From the NCBI GenBank assembly GCA_963785725.1, contig CAWAWS010000007.1, positions 320,001 through 384,000 of the forward strand: a DNA stretch of 64,000 nucleotides, read 5' to 3'. The notes beneath the pieces are model-generated. The model was not told the origin of the DNA. It did no database searches and worked only from the letters and a program-made list of their open reading frames with translations. This stretch comes from an uncultured delta proteobacterium. GTDB taxonomy: Bacteria > Myxococcota_A > Polyangia > Palsa-1104. Position 1 is the stretch's first letter; every line of letters starts with the position of its first letter. Shown here in pieces: positions 10,642 to 20,685 of the stretch. The position numbers were made by a program, and so were the translations under genes.

Positions 10642-12239
10642 CGCGCGGGATGTTTGTACAAAAGCCAACCGCGCGCAAGGGCGACGGCGGGCTCGAGCGC
10701 ATGCCGCGCCGCTTCCCGCAGCCGATCGTCGCTGGAGATGGCGTGCGCCAACGGCGGTGACATGGCGTAATAGGTCGCTACCATCAGCTTGCCGAGCGGA
10801 TTGTCGAGCAGCGCGCCGTCGCGGAAGTGACGCAAGAGCGCGACGTCCGGCTGCATCTGCGAGCCGTACGCCGCCGTGGCGATGAAGCAGCCGTGCAGCG
10901 TCGCGAACTTCTGCACGTTGGTGGTCGCGCTCACGAACGCCGCCGGCCCGGCGCCGCCGCAGGCGTTGACCGCGCGAATTCCCGCGTAATACAGCGTCTG
11001 CGCCTTGAGGCCCGTCAGCGACGCGGTCTGCGAGATGCCGGCCGCGCCCGGCGGCGGCGGATTGTCGGCAGGAATGCCGTTGTCGAAGTTGTCGTCGGTC
11101 AGCGGCGTCGTCGCCTGATAGCGGATCTCGTAGCGGCGCGGCTGATCGAACGCGTCGGTGTACGACGGCGCTTCGAAATTGACCGCCAACGACGTGTCGG
11201 CCGGCGTCGCCGTCATCGCCGTCGGCGCCGCCGGCGGGCGGCAGCCTTGGCAGCCGGCGGCGAACACTTTGACGAGCCACGTGCCGTCGGCGTCGGTGAT
11301 GTGCGCCAAGCGGCCCGCGCCCGTGCCCGGCGAGTCGCTGATCGTGTTGTCGGGCGGATGCAGCGTGCCGGTGGCGCCGTCCCAATCGCCGTAGCCTTCC
11401 CACGTGTTGGTGATCCCGGTCTGCGCCGTGCCGTCGATGGTCACGGGCACGGCGTAGACGATCGAAGGCTGCCCGAACTCCTGGCGACCGAAGCTGTTGA
11501 GCTCGCTGTTGCGATCGTCGACGGCGGGGTGATTGTTGGAGCTGTTGAAGTCGCCTTCGAGGCTGACCTCGACCTTGATGATGTACTTGCCGCTCGGCAG
11601 CGTCGACGGCACCGGCCAGCTGATCTCGGGATCGAGCAGCGCGCCTCCGATCGGCGTCGCCGCCGAGATCGCCGCCAGGTCGTTGAGCGACGCGTAGGTG
11701 CGCGCGTCATTGGAGTCGAAGGTGCCGAACGTCGTCAGGTCGGCGCGCGGCGGATAATACGAGAACGAGCCGGGCTGGAACACGCCTTTGCTGCTGTTGA
11801 ACTGCGACGCGCAAGACACCGCGTCCAGCGTCAGATCCGACGGCGGGCAGTAGAACGGCTCCGTCGACGAATAGGCCTCGTGATAGCCGATCGAATCGTC
11901 GTCGGGGTCGACGCCTTTGGAGCCGCCCATGACGATGTACGGATATTGATGGTTACGCTCGTGCGCCCACACCGGCAGCACCATGTCGCGGCGACCGTAC
12001 GGCCAGCGATAGCTCGACTTGAAGAGCGCGTTGCCCGGCCGATTGCCGAGGCCGAGCGCGCCCGTCGAGCGCGTCACGTAAGCGGTGTCGATGTACGTGC
12101 CGTTCGGATCCTCGACCCAGACGGCGATCTGCAGATGCGCGACCGGCTGAAACTCCACTTCGACGACGCGACAGGTGGCCTGCGCGTGCACCGACGTCGC
12201 CGCCAAGAGGATGCCCAAGGAGAAAATAGTCTGCTTCAT
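10638..12239 (-). CDS. Secreted protein: DUF2271-like N-domain + fibronectin type III + CFI-box-CTERM
   Basis: Signal peptide; QIAVWVEDPNGTYIDTAYVT (DUF2271-like); LTGLKAQTLYYAGIRAVN (FN3); GCFIATAAYGS...LRHFRD...YYAMSPPLA (CFI-box-CTERM). Confidence 0.8.
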   Translation of the reverse strand: MKQTIFSLGILLAATSVHAQATCRVVEVEFQPVAHLQIAVWVEDPNGTYIDTAYVTRSTGALGLGNRPGNALFKSSYRWPYGRRDMVLPVWAHERNHQYPYIVMGGSKGVDPDDDSIGYHEAYSSTEPFYCPPSDLTLDAVSCASQFNSSKGVFQPGSFSYYPPRADLTTFGTFDSNDARTYASLNDLAAISAATPIGGALLDPEISWPVPSTLPSGKYIIKVEVSLEGDFNSSNNHPAVDDRNSELNSFGRQEFGQPSIVYAVPVTIDGTAQTGITNTWEGYGDWDGATGTLHPPDNTISDSPGTGAGRLAHITDADGTWLVKVFAAGCQGCRPPAAPTAMTATPADTSLAVNFEAPSYTDAFDQPRRYEIRYQATTPLTDDNFDNGIPADNPPPPGAAGISQTASLTGLKAQTLYYAGIRAVNACGGAGPAAFVSATTNVQKFATLHGCFIATAAYGSQMQPDVALLRHFRDGALLDNPLGKLMVATYYAMSPPLAHAISSDDRLREAARHALEPAVALARGWLLYKHPAR

Positions 12240-12338
12240 AGGTGGTTCATTCCGGCCAAGCGAAGGAGGGTGAAACGCACGAAAGGGAAGCGTTCACCGT
12301 CGGAGCGCGGCTGTCAAGGAGACAACCGTTTGCAGTTG

Positions 12339-13628
12339 TTACGGGCCGGTGAGCAGCAATTCGAGGTTGTGCCGGGCGACGGTGTACTCGGGGTTGAGCT
12401 CGAGGGCGCGCTCTAGGCAACGTCGCGCTTCTTGTACTCTTTCGAGCGCGAGATAGGCCGCGCCCAGATTTCCCCACGAGGGATAATGGCGCGGCACGAG
12501 CGCGAGCACCTCTTCGAAGCCGTTGGCGGCCTCGGCGTGGCGGCCTTCGGACAGCGCGGCGAACGCGCGCGCGAACAGCTCCTCACCGCGCAAGACGTCG
12601 CTCAACGGCACGCCCGGATGCGAGCCGCGCAGCATGCGCTCGTACGCCCGCACGAAGTTGCGCGCCTCGTCGCGGCGCTCGGACGCGCCTTCGGAGTCGT
12701 CGGGCAGCGACAGGTAATCGCGCAGCGCCAAGTAGCAGCCGCCCATGCGCTCGGCCTGCTTCGCCGCCGACGCCAAGTTCCAGCGATGCAGCGCCTGCCG
12801 CGGCTCGAGCGCGATCGCCTCCGACAGCTGTGTGACGGCGCCTTCCAGCTCTCCGAGCTCCAGCAGACACACGCCGAGCGCGCTGCGACCTTCGGGGCTG
12901 CGCGGCTGGCGCGCGACGAAGCGCTCGAGCCGGCGACGCGCGGCCCGCGGCCGACCGGCTTCGAGGTAGGCGAGGCCGCGATCGAGCGCGTCCTGCGTGG
13001 CGCGATCGGGCGGCGCCGTGCCGGCCTCGCGCTGCAGCTCGACCAACGCCCGCGCGCTCTCGTCGCTGAGCCCGCCGCGCTGCAACAGCGCGCTCACGAT
13101 CGGCGCCGCTTTGTGCCCACCGTGACGAATGAGCTCGCTGATGAACGACGGCACTTCCGGATCGGGCACGTGATCGATGATGAGCGCCACCGCTTGGTCG
13201 AGCTCGTCGCCGTGATCGATTCCCGCCAGCAGCTCGCGCACGCTTTGGCTCAGCAGCGCCTCGGGATCGCGCAGCTTGACCGTCGCCGGCATCGGCGCCG
13301 ACAGCTCCGACAGGAGGCCGAGCGCGCGCGCCTTGACGGCATCGGGTGCGTCGCTCGTGCACACCAGATCGAGCGCCTTGAGGACTCGGTCACCGCCCAA
13401 ATAGGCCAACAAATCATAGGCCCACGACGCTTCTTCCTCGGACGACGACGCCAGCGAGGAGATCAGCCGCGGGACCGCCGCTGCGCCGGCTGCGCGCACC
13501 TTGCGGGCGAGTCGCTGGCGCTCGCTGCCGCTCGGAGACGCACCTCGACGCGCCGCGTCCAGGCTCTGGACGACGTCACGTAAAGGACCAAAATTCTTGA
13601 AGAGCTCGCCTGAGCGGGGAGCATCCAT
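12339..13628 (-). CDS. HEAT-like + tetratricopeptide repeat protein
   Basis: C-terminal TPRs, e.g. PSWGNLGAAYLALERVQEARRCLERALELNPEYTVARHNL. Confidence 0.8.
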   Translation of the reverse strand: MDAPRSGELFKNFGPLRDVVQSLDAARRGASPSGSERQRLARKVRAAGAAAVPRLISSLASSSEEEASWAYDLLAYLGGDRVLKALDLVCTSDAPDAVKARALGLLSELSAPMPATVKLRDPEALLSQSVRELLAGIDHGDELDQAVALIIDHVPDPEVPSFISELIRHGGHKAAPIVSALLQRGGLSDESARALVELQREAGTAPPDRATQDALDRGLAYLEAGRPRAARRRLERFVARQPRSPEGRSALGVCLLELGELEGAVTQLSEAIALEPRQALHRWNLASAAKQAERMGGCYLALRDYLSLPDDSEGASERRDEARNFVRAYERMLRGSHPGVPLSDVLRGEELFARAFAALSEGRHAEAANGFEEVLALVPRHYPSWGNLGAAYLALERVQEARRCLERALELNPEYTVARHNLELLLTGP

Positions 13629-13821
13629 GGAACCCCCGGGCGGTCGGCCGCTGCCCTATACACTACGTTATACGTATCGTCACGAGAGTCAATAGGCAGT
13701 TCCATAAGGGAGGGCCGTCGCAAGCGCTCGGCCGACCCGTGCGCGAGCCCTCGTCCGAAGGGTCGTCGAGCCGTTGGACGAAGATGAATCGGCGCGTCTC
13801 TTGCGTATCTGTCTCCACACG

Positions 13822-14880
13822 ATGCGCGTGGCGATGGTCTCGACTCCGTACGTTCCCGTCCCGCCGCCGCGCTATGGCGGCACCGAGCTGATCGTGGCCG
13901 AGCTCGTGACCGGGCTGCGCGACGCCGGGCATGAGGTGACGCTGTTCGCGACCAACGACTCGCAGCCGCCCGATGGCGTGACGTTGCGCGCGCGACAAGC
14001 GTCGATTTGGCCGCCCGAGCCCTACGCCGAGCTCGATCATGCGGCTTGGGCGATCGAGCAGATCTTGGGCGACGCGCGCCGCTTCGACGTCGTGCACGCG
14101 CACGTGCCGGCGGCGTTGGCGTTCGCGGCGATGCTCGACGCGCCGATGGTCTACACCGTGCACCACGACGACGGGCCCGAGCACGCGCGGTTGCAGGCGC
14201 TGTATCGTCGCAGCCGCGCGCAGTTCGTCGCCATCAGCGCGCGTCAGCAGTCGCTCATTCCCGAGCTGGCCGACGCGCGCGTCATTCACCACGGCCTCGA
14301 CGCCGGCCGCTACATCTTCGGGCGCGGCGACGGCGGCTACTGCGCGTTCCTCGGCCGCTTGGCGCCGGAAAAAGGCGTGCACCACGCGCTCGACGCCGCC
14401 CACGCCGCCGGCCTGCACATTCGCGTCGGCGGCGCGCCGCATTGGAACGATCACGACTACTTCGCGAGCCAAATCGCGCCTCGCCTCGCGCGGCCGGGAG
14501 TGACGCGGCTGGGCGAAGTCGGCGGCGTGGCCAAACAGGCGCTGCTGGCGGACGCGCGGGCGCTTTTGTTTCCCATCGAATGGGAAGAGCCGTTCGGTCT
14601 CGTCATGATCGAGGCGATGTTGTCGGGAACGCCGGTGCTGGCGTTCGCGCGCGGCTCGGTGCCCGAGGTCATCGACGAAGGCGTGACCGGCTTCGTCTGC
14701 CGCGACGTCGCCGAGATGGCCCGTCGCCTGCGCACGCTCGATGCGTTCGATCGTGCCGCCTGTCGCCGGCGCGCGCTCGAGCGTTGGACGACGGCGCGCA
14801 TGGTGCGCGACCACCTCGTCGTTTACGAGCAGCTACAAACGTGGGTGGGTCATGTTGGAGCAGCCGAAACCGTTGCCTGA
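13822..14880 (+). CDS. Glycosyltransferase family 4
   Basis: MRVAMVSTPYVPVPPPRYGGTE, FLGRLAPEKG, EEPFGLVMIEAMLSGTPV. Confidence 0.95.
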   Translation: MRVAMVSTPYVPVPPPRYGGTELIVAELVTGLRDAGHEVTLFATNDSQPPDGVTLRARQASIWPPEPYAELDHAAWAIEQILGDARRFDVVHAHVPAALAFAAMLDAPMVYTVHHDDGPEHARLQALYRRSRAQFVAISARQQSLIPELADARVIHHGLDAGRYIFGRGDGGYCAFLGRLAPEKGVHHALDAAHAAGLHIRVGGAPHWNDHDYFASQIAPRLARPGVTRLGEVGGVAKQALLADARALLFPIEWEEPFGLVMIEAMLSGTPVLAFARGSVPEVIDEGVTGFVCRDVAEMARRLRTLDAFDRAACRRRALERWTTARMVRDHLVVYEQLQTWVGHVGAAETVA

Positions 14881-17011
14881 CCTCGCGCTGGATCTGCCGA
14901 CGTCGGGCGCGACCGAGAAGCTGACGCTGGCGCGCGGCAACAGCTTCTGCGTGCTCGACTCGCGCGGCAACATCGCGCCGTCGGGGGCGCGCGATCTGGG
15001 CCTGTTCCACGAAGACACGCGGCATCTGTCGTACTTCGAGCTCTTCGTGTCCGGTGGCCCGCCGATCGTGCTGTCGTCGGAGACGGCGGGCTCGGCGGCG
15101 ACGCAGATCGACCTGACGCTGACCGATCGCGAGTTCGGCGGCTTCTTGGAGGATCCGCAGAACTTCCTGCATATTCGCCGCAAGCAGATCCTCGACGGCG
15201 CGCTGGTCGAGCAGCTGGTGGTGACGAATCACCTGCAGCAGCCGGTCGATCTGTGGCTCGAGCTGCGCGTCGGCGCCGATTTTGCCGACGTGTTCGAGAC
15301 GCGCGGCGCGCGGCGGGCGCGACGCGGGCGGATTCGGCCGCCGCGCATCGACGGCGATCGGCTGGAGCTGGCCTACGAAGGGCTCGACGACACCATCTAC
15401 CGCACGATCGTGCGCGGCACGCCCGAGCCGACGCGCGTCGACGCGCACGGGCCGCGCTGGGAGCTGCGGCTCGAGCCCGGCGAGGCGACGATCTTGGAGC
15501 TGGTGATTCAGCCGCGCCGCGGCAACGGCGACGACGCTGTGATCGTGCCCTTCGGTCAGCGCCGCCAGCAGCTGGCCGCCGAGCACGCCGAGTTCCGCGC
15601 GGGGACGACGGCGCTGCGCTGCGACAATCGTGAATTTCGCGCGCTGCTCGTCTCGGCGCTCGACGACATCGACGCGCTGCGCCTGACGCTCGACGGCCAT
15701 CGCCACATCCTCGGCGCCGGTATTCCCTGGTTCGCGGCGCCGTTCGGTCGCGACTCGATCATCACGTCGCTGCAGTTGTTGGCGGTGGCGCCCTCGCTGG
15801 CGGCGGAGACGCTGCGCACGCTGGCGCATTACCAAGGGCGCGTCGACGATCCGTGGCGCGAAGAGGAGCCGGGCAAGATCATGCACGAGCTCCGTCGCGG
15901 CGAGATGGCGCGCGCCGGCGAAGTGCCGCACGCGCCCTATTACGGATCGATCGACGCGACGCCGCTGTGGCTCGTGCTGCTCGGCGAGACCTGGCGTTGG
16001 CTCGGCGATCGTGCGCTCGTGCGCGAGCTGATGCCGCCGGCGGAGCGGGCGCTCGAGTGGATCGAGCGGCGGCTCGTGCAAGGTCGCGGCTGGGTTCGCT
16101 ATCAGCGGACGCACGACAAGGGGCTGGAAAACCAGGGCTGGAAAGACTCGCGCGACGGTGTGTCGTTTCCCGACGGGACCCTCGCGCCGGCGCCGATCGC
16201 GCTGGTCGAGGTGCAGGGCTATGTCGTCGGCGCGCTGGCGGCGATGGCGGCGGTGACGCGCGCGCTCGGCGACACGCGGCGGGCCGAGCAGCTCGACGTG
16301 CAGGCGGACGCGCTCAGGCGGCGCATTCAGGAAGAATTCTTCGTGCGCGAGACCGGCTATTACGCGCTGGCCATCGACGGGCAGAACCGGCCGGTGCCGA
16401 CAATCACGTCGAATCCGGGGCATCTCTTGTTCGTCGATGCCGTGCGCGGCGACAAGGCGTCGCGGCTCGTCGACGTGCTGCTCGGCGAGGGGCTGTTCAG
16501 CGGCTGGGGCGTGCGCACGTTGGCGCGCGGCCAGGCCGTCTTCAATCCGCTCTCGTATCACAACGGGTCGGTGTGGCCGCACGACAACTCGCTGTGCGCG
16601 CTCGGCGCGGCGCGCCACGGTCGCGGCGACGCGGCGGTGACGCTGCTCGAGTCGCTGTACGAGGCGTCGTCGCACTTCGGGCGCGGTCGCTTGCCGGAGC
16701 TGTTCTGCGGCTTGTCGCGCGGTGAAGGCGATTTCCTCGTGCGTTACCCGGTGTCGTGCTCGCCGCAGGCGTGGGGATCGGGCGCGTTCTTCCTGCTGCT
16801 GCAAGCCGGGCTCGGGCTCGAGCCGGACGCGCCCAATCAGCGGCTCGCCATTCGCGCGCCCAAGCTGCCGCGCTTCGTCGACCACTTGGAGCTGAACGGC
16901 TTACGCGTCGGCTCGGCGCGCGTGTCGCTGCGCTTCGGGCGTCACGAGCACGGCACGCATGTCGACGTCGTCGCCGTCACCGGACGGCTGCGGGTCACGA
17001 TCGAAGTCTGA
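14852..17011 (+). CDS. Amylo-alpha-1,6-glucosidase / glycogen debranching family protein
   Basis: AGIPWFAAPFGRDS, EEPGKIMHELR, YYGSIDATPL, NQGWKDSRD, YHNGSVWPHDN, CSPQAW. Confidence 0.95.
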   Translation: MLEQPKPLPDLALDLPTSGATEKLTLARGNSFCVLDSRGNIAPSGARDLGLFHEDTRHLSYFELFVSGGPPIVLSSETAGSAATQIDLTLTDREFGGFLEDPQNFLHIRRKQILDGALVEQLVVTNHLQQPVDLWLELRVGADFADVFETRGARRARRGRIRPPRIDGDRLELAYEGLDDTIYRTIVRGTPEPTRVDAHGPRWELRLEPGEATILELVIQPRRGNGDDAVIVPFGQRRQQLAAEHAEFRAGTTALRCDNREFRALLVSALDDIDALRLTLDGHRHILGAGIPWFAAPFGRDSIITSLQLLAVAPSLAAETLRTLAHYQGRVDDPWREEEPGKIMHELRRGEMARAGEVPHAPYYGSIDATPLWLVLLGETWRWLGDRALVRELMPPAERALEWIERRLVQGRGWVRYQRTHDKGLENQGWKDSRDGVSFPDGTLAPAPIALVEVQGYVVGALAAMAAVTRALGDTRRAEQLDVQADALRRRIQEEFFVRETGYYALAIDGQNRPVPTITSNPGHLLFVDAVRGDKASRLVDVLLGEGLFSGWGVRTLARGQAVFNPLSYHNGSVWPHDNSLCALGAARHGRGDAAVTLLESLYEASSHFGRGRLPELFCGLSRGEGDFLVRYPVSCSPQAWGSGAFFLLLQAGLGLEPDAPNQRLAIRAPKLPRFVDHLELNGLRVGSARVSLRFGRHEHGTHVDVVAVTGRLRVTIEV

Positions 17012-17041
17012 ATCGACCGCCGGCGGCTGATCGCCGCGCGC

Positions 17042-17854
17042 TCAGCGCGCGACCTTGAGCGCCAGGTCGGCCACGATCGGCGCCGCCAGCGCCGCGGGCG
17101 AGAAGGCCTCGTCGATGAGCGCCGCCTCTTTGAACTTATCGGCCATTCGCTGATCGAAGAGGCGCATGACGATACGAATTTTGGGATTCAAGCGGCGCGC
17201 ATCCAACGCCACCTCCAGATTCGCCATATCGTCATTCGTGGCGATGATGACGACGCGCGCATATTGGATCCCCGCGTCCAATAACGCCTGATCTTCTTTC
17301 ATGTCGCGCACGAGAACGGGGACTCCCGTCGCCTTGGCGTCGCCCAAGAAGCGCGCGGCCGCGTCCTTTTCCAGCGCGACGATCTCCTGTTTGGCGGCCA
17401 AGAGCTGCGTCAAAATGCGATATCCCAAATGGCCTAAACCGCACAATACGATATGGTCGCGATATGTGGATGCGGACACGGTCATCCATTCCTTTTCGCC
17501 GCGTTCGCGGGAGACGATGAGCATACCGATACGCACGACGCCTTCGCCGATGAGGATGAAGCCGAAGAGCGGATAAACGGCGCCCATCAGCGCGAGATAC
17601 CAGTTTTGCGGCGGCGATAATATCGGCTGCGCGAATAACGCCATCCACGCGCAAAAGAGTGATTCCCAGATCGACGGTCGCGCGCCGCCCAGCTGGTCGT
17701 GCGGCGTCACGGCGTAGAGCGTGCCCAAGAACAGCACGGCGCCAATGAGCAGCCCCAGCGTCCAACGAAACTCGCTGGCGAGACGGCGGGCGAATAGAAA
17801 GGTCGTGCGCAGATCGCGACGGCGTTGCGCGCGTGGTCTGCTCATTGTCGCCAT
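17042..17854 (-). CDS. Potassium channel-family protein with TrkA-N (RCK) domain
   Basis: Two TM segments, then HIVLCGLGHLGYRI and IIATNDDMANLEVALDARRLNPKIRIVMR. Confidence 0.85.
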   Translation of the reverse strand: MATMSRPRAQRRRDLRTTFLFARRLASEFRWTLGLLIGAVLFLGTLYAVTPHDQLGGARPSIWESLFCAWMALFAQPILSPPQNWYLALMGAVYPLFGFILIGEGVVRIGMLIVSRERGEKEWMTVSASTYRDHIVLCGLGHLGYRILTQLLAAKQEIVALEKDAAARFLGDAKATGVPVLVRDMKEDQALLDAGIQYARVVIIATNDDMANLEVALDARRLNPKIRIVMRLFDQRMADKFKEAALIDEAFSPAALAAPIVADLALKVAR

Positions 17855-18003
17855 CGTACACGTTCACGGCGCTGTCGCAAATTCAGTCAGCTCGTCGCAA
17901 ACAATTAGCATTGCTGTCAAATGGTGTATTCTAAGAGCGCGACTGGCTGCGTCGTGTCTCAGATTTGTACGGTGGTGAGTGGCGCCGGTCGCGACGATCC
18001 GAC

Positions 18004-18019
18004 TGGCACGATAGGTGCG
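18004..18019 (+). promoter_or_regulatory. Sigma54 (-24/-12) promoter of the pyrimidine catabolic operon
   Basis: TGGCACGATAGGTGCG = GG-N10-GC with a perfect TGGCACG, about 35 bp upstream of the GAGGAG RBS/TTG start of preT. Confidence 0.8.
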
Positions 18020-18052
18020 ATAGCCGTCCCCTTTTCACATCGAGGAGCTTCT

Positions 18053-19399
18053 TTGGAGCCGCCCGATCTGTTCGCCGAGCATAAGCCGCCGTTGACCGCC
18101 GATGCGGCGCTCGCCGAGGCCAATCGCTGCCTCTATTGTTGGGACGCGCCCTGTACGCGCGCCTGTCCGACGCATATCGACGTGCCGGCGTTCATCAAGA
18201 AGATCGCCAGCGGCAACTTACGCGGCTCGGCGCGCACGATATTGGACGCCAATGTGCTCGGCGCCTCGTGTGCGCGCGTCTGTCCGACCGAGGTGCTGTG
18301 CGAAGGCGCCTGCGTGATGGATGACGTCTCCAAGAAGCCGATCGATATCGGGCGTTTGCAGCGCCATTCGATGGACTGGGCGATGGCCAAAGGCATGCGC
18401 CCTTTCGAGCCCGGGCCGCGTCGCTCGGGCCGCGTCGCCATCGTCGGCGCCGGTCCCGCGGGATTGGCGTGCGCCGCCGAATTATCGAAGCTCGGATATC
18501 AGGCGCAGATATTCGACGCCGCGGAAAAGCCGGGCGGATTGAATACCAGCGGCGTCGCCGAATATAAGATGACGGCCGAATTCGCGCAGCGCGAGGTCGG
18601 CTGGCTCGTCGAGGCCGGCGTGCAGATCGAGAGCGGCGTGAGAATCGGCCGCGACCGGCAATGGGCCGAGTTGGAGCGGCAGTTCGACGCCATCTTCATC
18701 GGCGTCGGGCTCGGGAAAGTCGGCAAATTGGAGATCGAAGGCGAGCATTTGCCCGGTGTCGTCGAGGCCATCGGCTTCATCGAGACTTTGAAGCTGCGGC
18801 GCCAGGAAGCGCGCGTCGGCCGGCGCGTCGCGGTCATTGGCGGCGGCAACACGTCTATCGATTGTGTGACTCAAGCGCTGGCGCTCGGTGCGGAAGAGGT
18901 GACGTTGATGTATCGCCGCTCGCAGGCGGAGATGCCGGCGTACAAGCACGAGATCGAATTGGCGCGCGAGATGGGGACGCGCTTCATGTTCCAGGTCGCG
19001 CCGCTGCGTATCGTTGGGGATACTGAAGTAACTGCTTTAGTGTTGCAGCCGATGCGGCTCGGTCCCGCGGACGCGTCGGGGCGGCGGCGGCCGGAAGCGG
19101 CGCCGGGCGAGCCGATTACGTTTGCCTGCGAGATGGTGATCGCAGCGACGGGACAAGAGACGCACGATGAGCTCTTGGCGCAGCTGCCCAATGTGCGCTT
19201 GGAGCGCGGGCGCGTGCTCGTCGACGAGCGCACGATGCAGACGTCGAATCCGCGTTATTTCGCCGGCGGCGATTGTGTTTCCGGCGGGCAGGAAGTGGTC
19301 AATGCCGTGGCCGAGGGCAAGCGCGCCGCCGCCGGTATCGCCGCTTTTATCGAGCGTAGTGGGCGTGTCATAGCCGCAGACGAGGTGGCGCGTGGCTGA
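18053..19399 (+). CDS. preT: Dihydropyrimidine dehydrogenase subunit PreT
   Basis: EANRCLYCWDAPCTRACPTHIDVP, CARVCPTEVLCEGAC, GAGPAG; GAGGAG RBS before TTG; directly upstream of preA. Confidence 0.92.
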   Translation: MEPPDLFAEHKPPLTADAALAEANRCLYCWDAPCTRACPTHIDVPAFIKKIASGNLRGSARTILDANVLGASCARVCPTEVLCEGACVMDDVSKKPIDIGRLQRHSMDWAMAKGMRPFEPGPRRSGRVAIVGAGPAGLACAAELSKLGYQAQIFDAAEKPGGLNTSGVAEYKMTAEFAQREVGWLVEAGVQIESGVRIGRDRQWAELERQFDAIFIGVGLGKVGKLEIEGEHLPGVVEAIGFIETLKLRRQEARVGRRVAVIGGGNTSIDCVTQALALGAEEVTLMYRRSQAEMPAYKHEIELAREMGTRFMFQVAPLRIVGDTEVTALVLQPMRLGPADASGRRRPEAAPGEPITFACEMVIAATGQETHDELLAQLPNVRLERGRVLVDERTMQTSNPRYFAGGDCVSGGQEVVNAVAEGKRAAAGIAAFIERSGRVIAADEVARG

Positions 19400-20676
19400 T
19401 CTGAAGGTGAATCTGGCCGGCATCGAGTCGCCCAATCCGTTCTGGCTGGCCTCGGCGCCGCCGACGAATACCGGCGATCAGGTGATGCGCGCGTTCGACG
19501 CCGGTTGGGGCGGCGCGGTGTGGAAGACGCTGGGCGAGCCCATCGTCAATGTCTCTTCGCGCTATTCGACCGTCGATATGAATGGTCAGAAGGTCATGGG
19601 GCTCAACAACATCGAGCTCATTACCGATCGGCCGTTGGCGGTCAATTTGCGGGAGATTACCGAGGTCAAGAAGCGTTATCCCAAGCATGCGCTCGTGGTC
19701 TCGCTGATGGTGGAATCGAAGCGCGAGAAGTGGCACGAGATCGTCAAAGCGGCCGAAGGCGCGGGCGCGGACGGGCTGGAGTTGAACTTCGGCTGCCCGC
19801 ACGGCATGAGCGAGCGCGGCATGGGCTCGGCCGTCGGACAGGTGCCCGATTACGCCTGTCAGATTACCGAGTGGGTCAAAGAAGCGGCGAAAACGCCGGT
19901 GATCGTGAAGCTGACGCCCAATGTCACCGACGTCGATCTATCCGGCGCGCGCGGCGAAGAAGGGCGGCGCCGACGCGGTGTCGTTGATCAATACGATCAA
20001 TTCGATTACCGGCGTCGATCTGGATACGTTTACGCCGCGGCCGGATGTCGGCGGACGTTCGGCGCACGGCGGATATTGCGGACCGGCCGTGAAACCGATC
20101 GCGTTGAATATGGTTTCGTCGATCGCCAAAGACGCGCAGGTGCGTTTGCCGATATCGGGAATCGGCGGCATCTCCAATTGGCGCGACGCCGCCGAGTTCA
20201 TGCTGCTGGGCGCGACGACGGTGCAAGTGTGCACGGCCGTGATGCACTACGGCTTCCGCGTCGTCGAGGATATGATCGACGGGTTATCGAATTACTGCGA
20301 TGAAAAGGGTTTTCGCAGCGTAAACGATCTGATCGGCCGCTCTTTGCCGGCGGTTTCGCGCTGGGAAGAATTGGACCTCAATTACAAGATCGTGGCCCGC
20401 GTCGATCAGGACAAATGCATCGGCTGCGGCATCTGTTACGCCGCTTGCACCGACGGCGCGCATCAATCGATCGCGGCGCGGCCGGAGCACGGGCGCACGC
20501 ACGTCGAGATCATCGAGTCTACGTGTGTCGGCTGTAATTTGTGCTCGTTGGTTTGTCCGGTCGACGGCTGCATCAGCATGGTGCGCGTCGACGGTGGACG
20601 GCCGCCGCTGACGTGGAAAGAATATCAAGCTGACCCGAGCGCGCATAAGCATCTCGGTCCGCATAACGCTCACTAA
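19392..20676 (+). CDS. preA: Dihydropyrimidine dehydrogenase subunit PreA (1-nt frameshift near 19935)
   Basis: NPFWLASAPPT, ELNFGCPHGMSERGMG, KLTPNVTD joins IYPARAA...GGYCGPAVKPIAL, then a C-terminal 2x[4Fe-4S] domain. Confidence 0.93.
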
Positions 20677-20685
20677 GAGGTTCCC

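Noticed and set aside
19921..19945. Programmed ribosomal frameshift in preA (also considered for groEL and sthA)
   Set aside because: No slippery heptamer or stimulatory structure is evident, and similar indels are scattered over unrelated genes, consistent with sequencing error.
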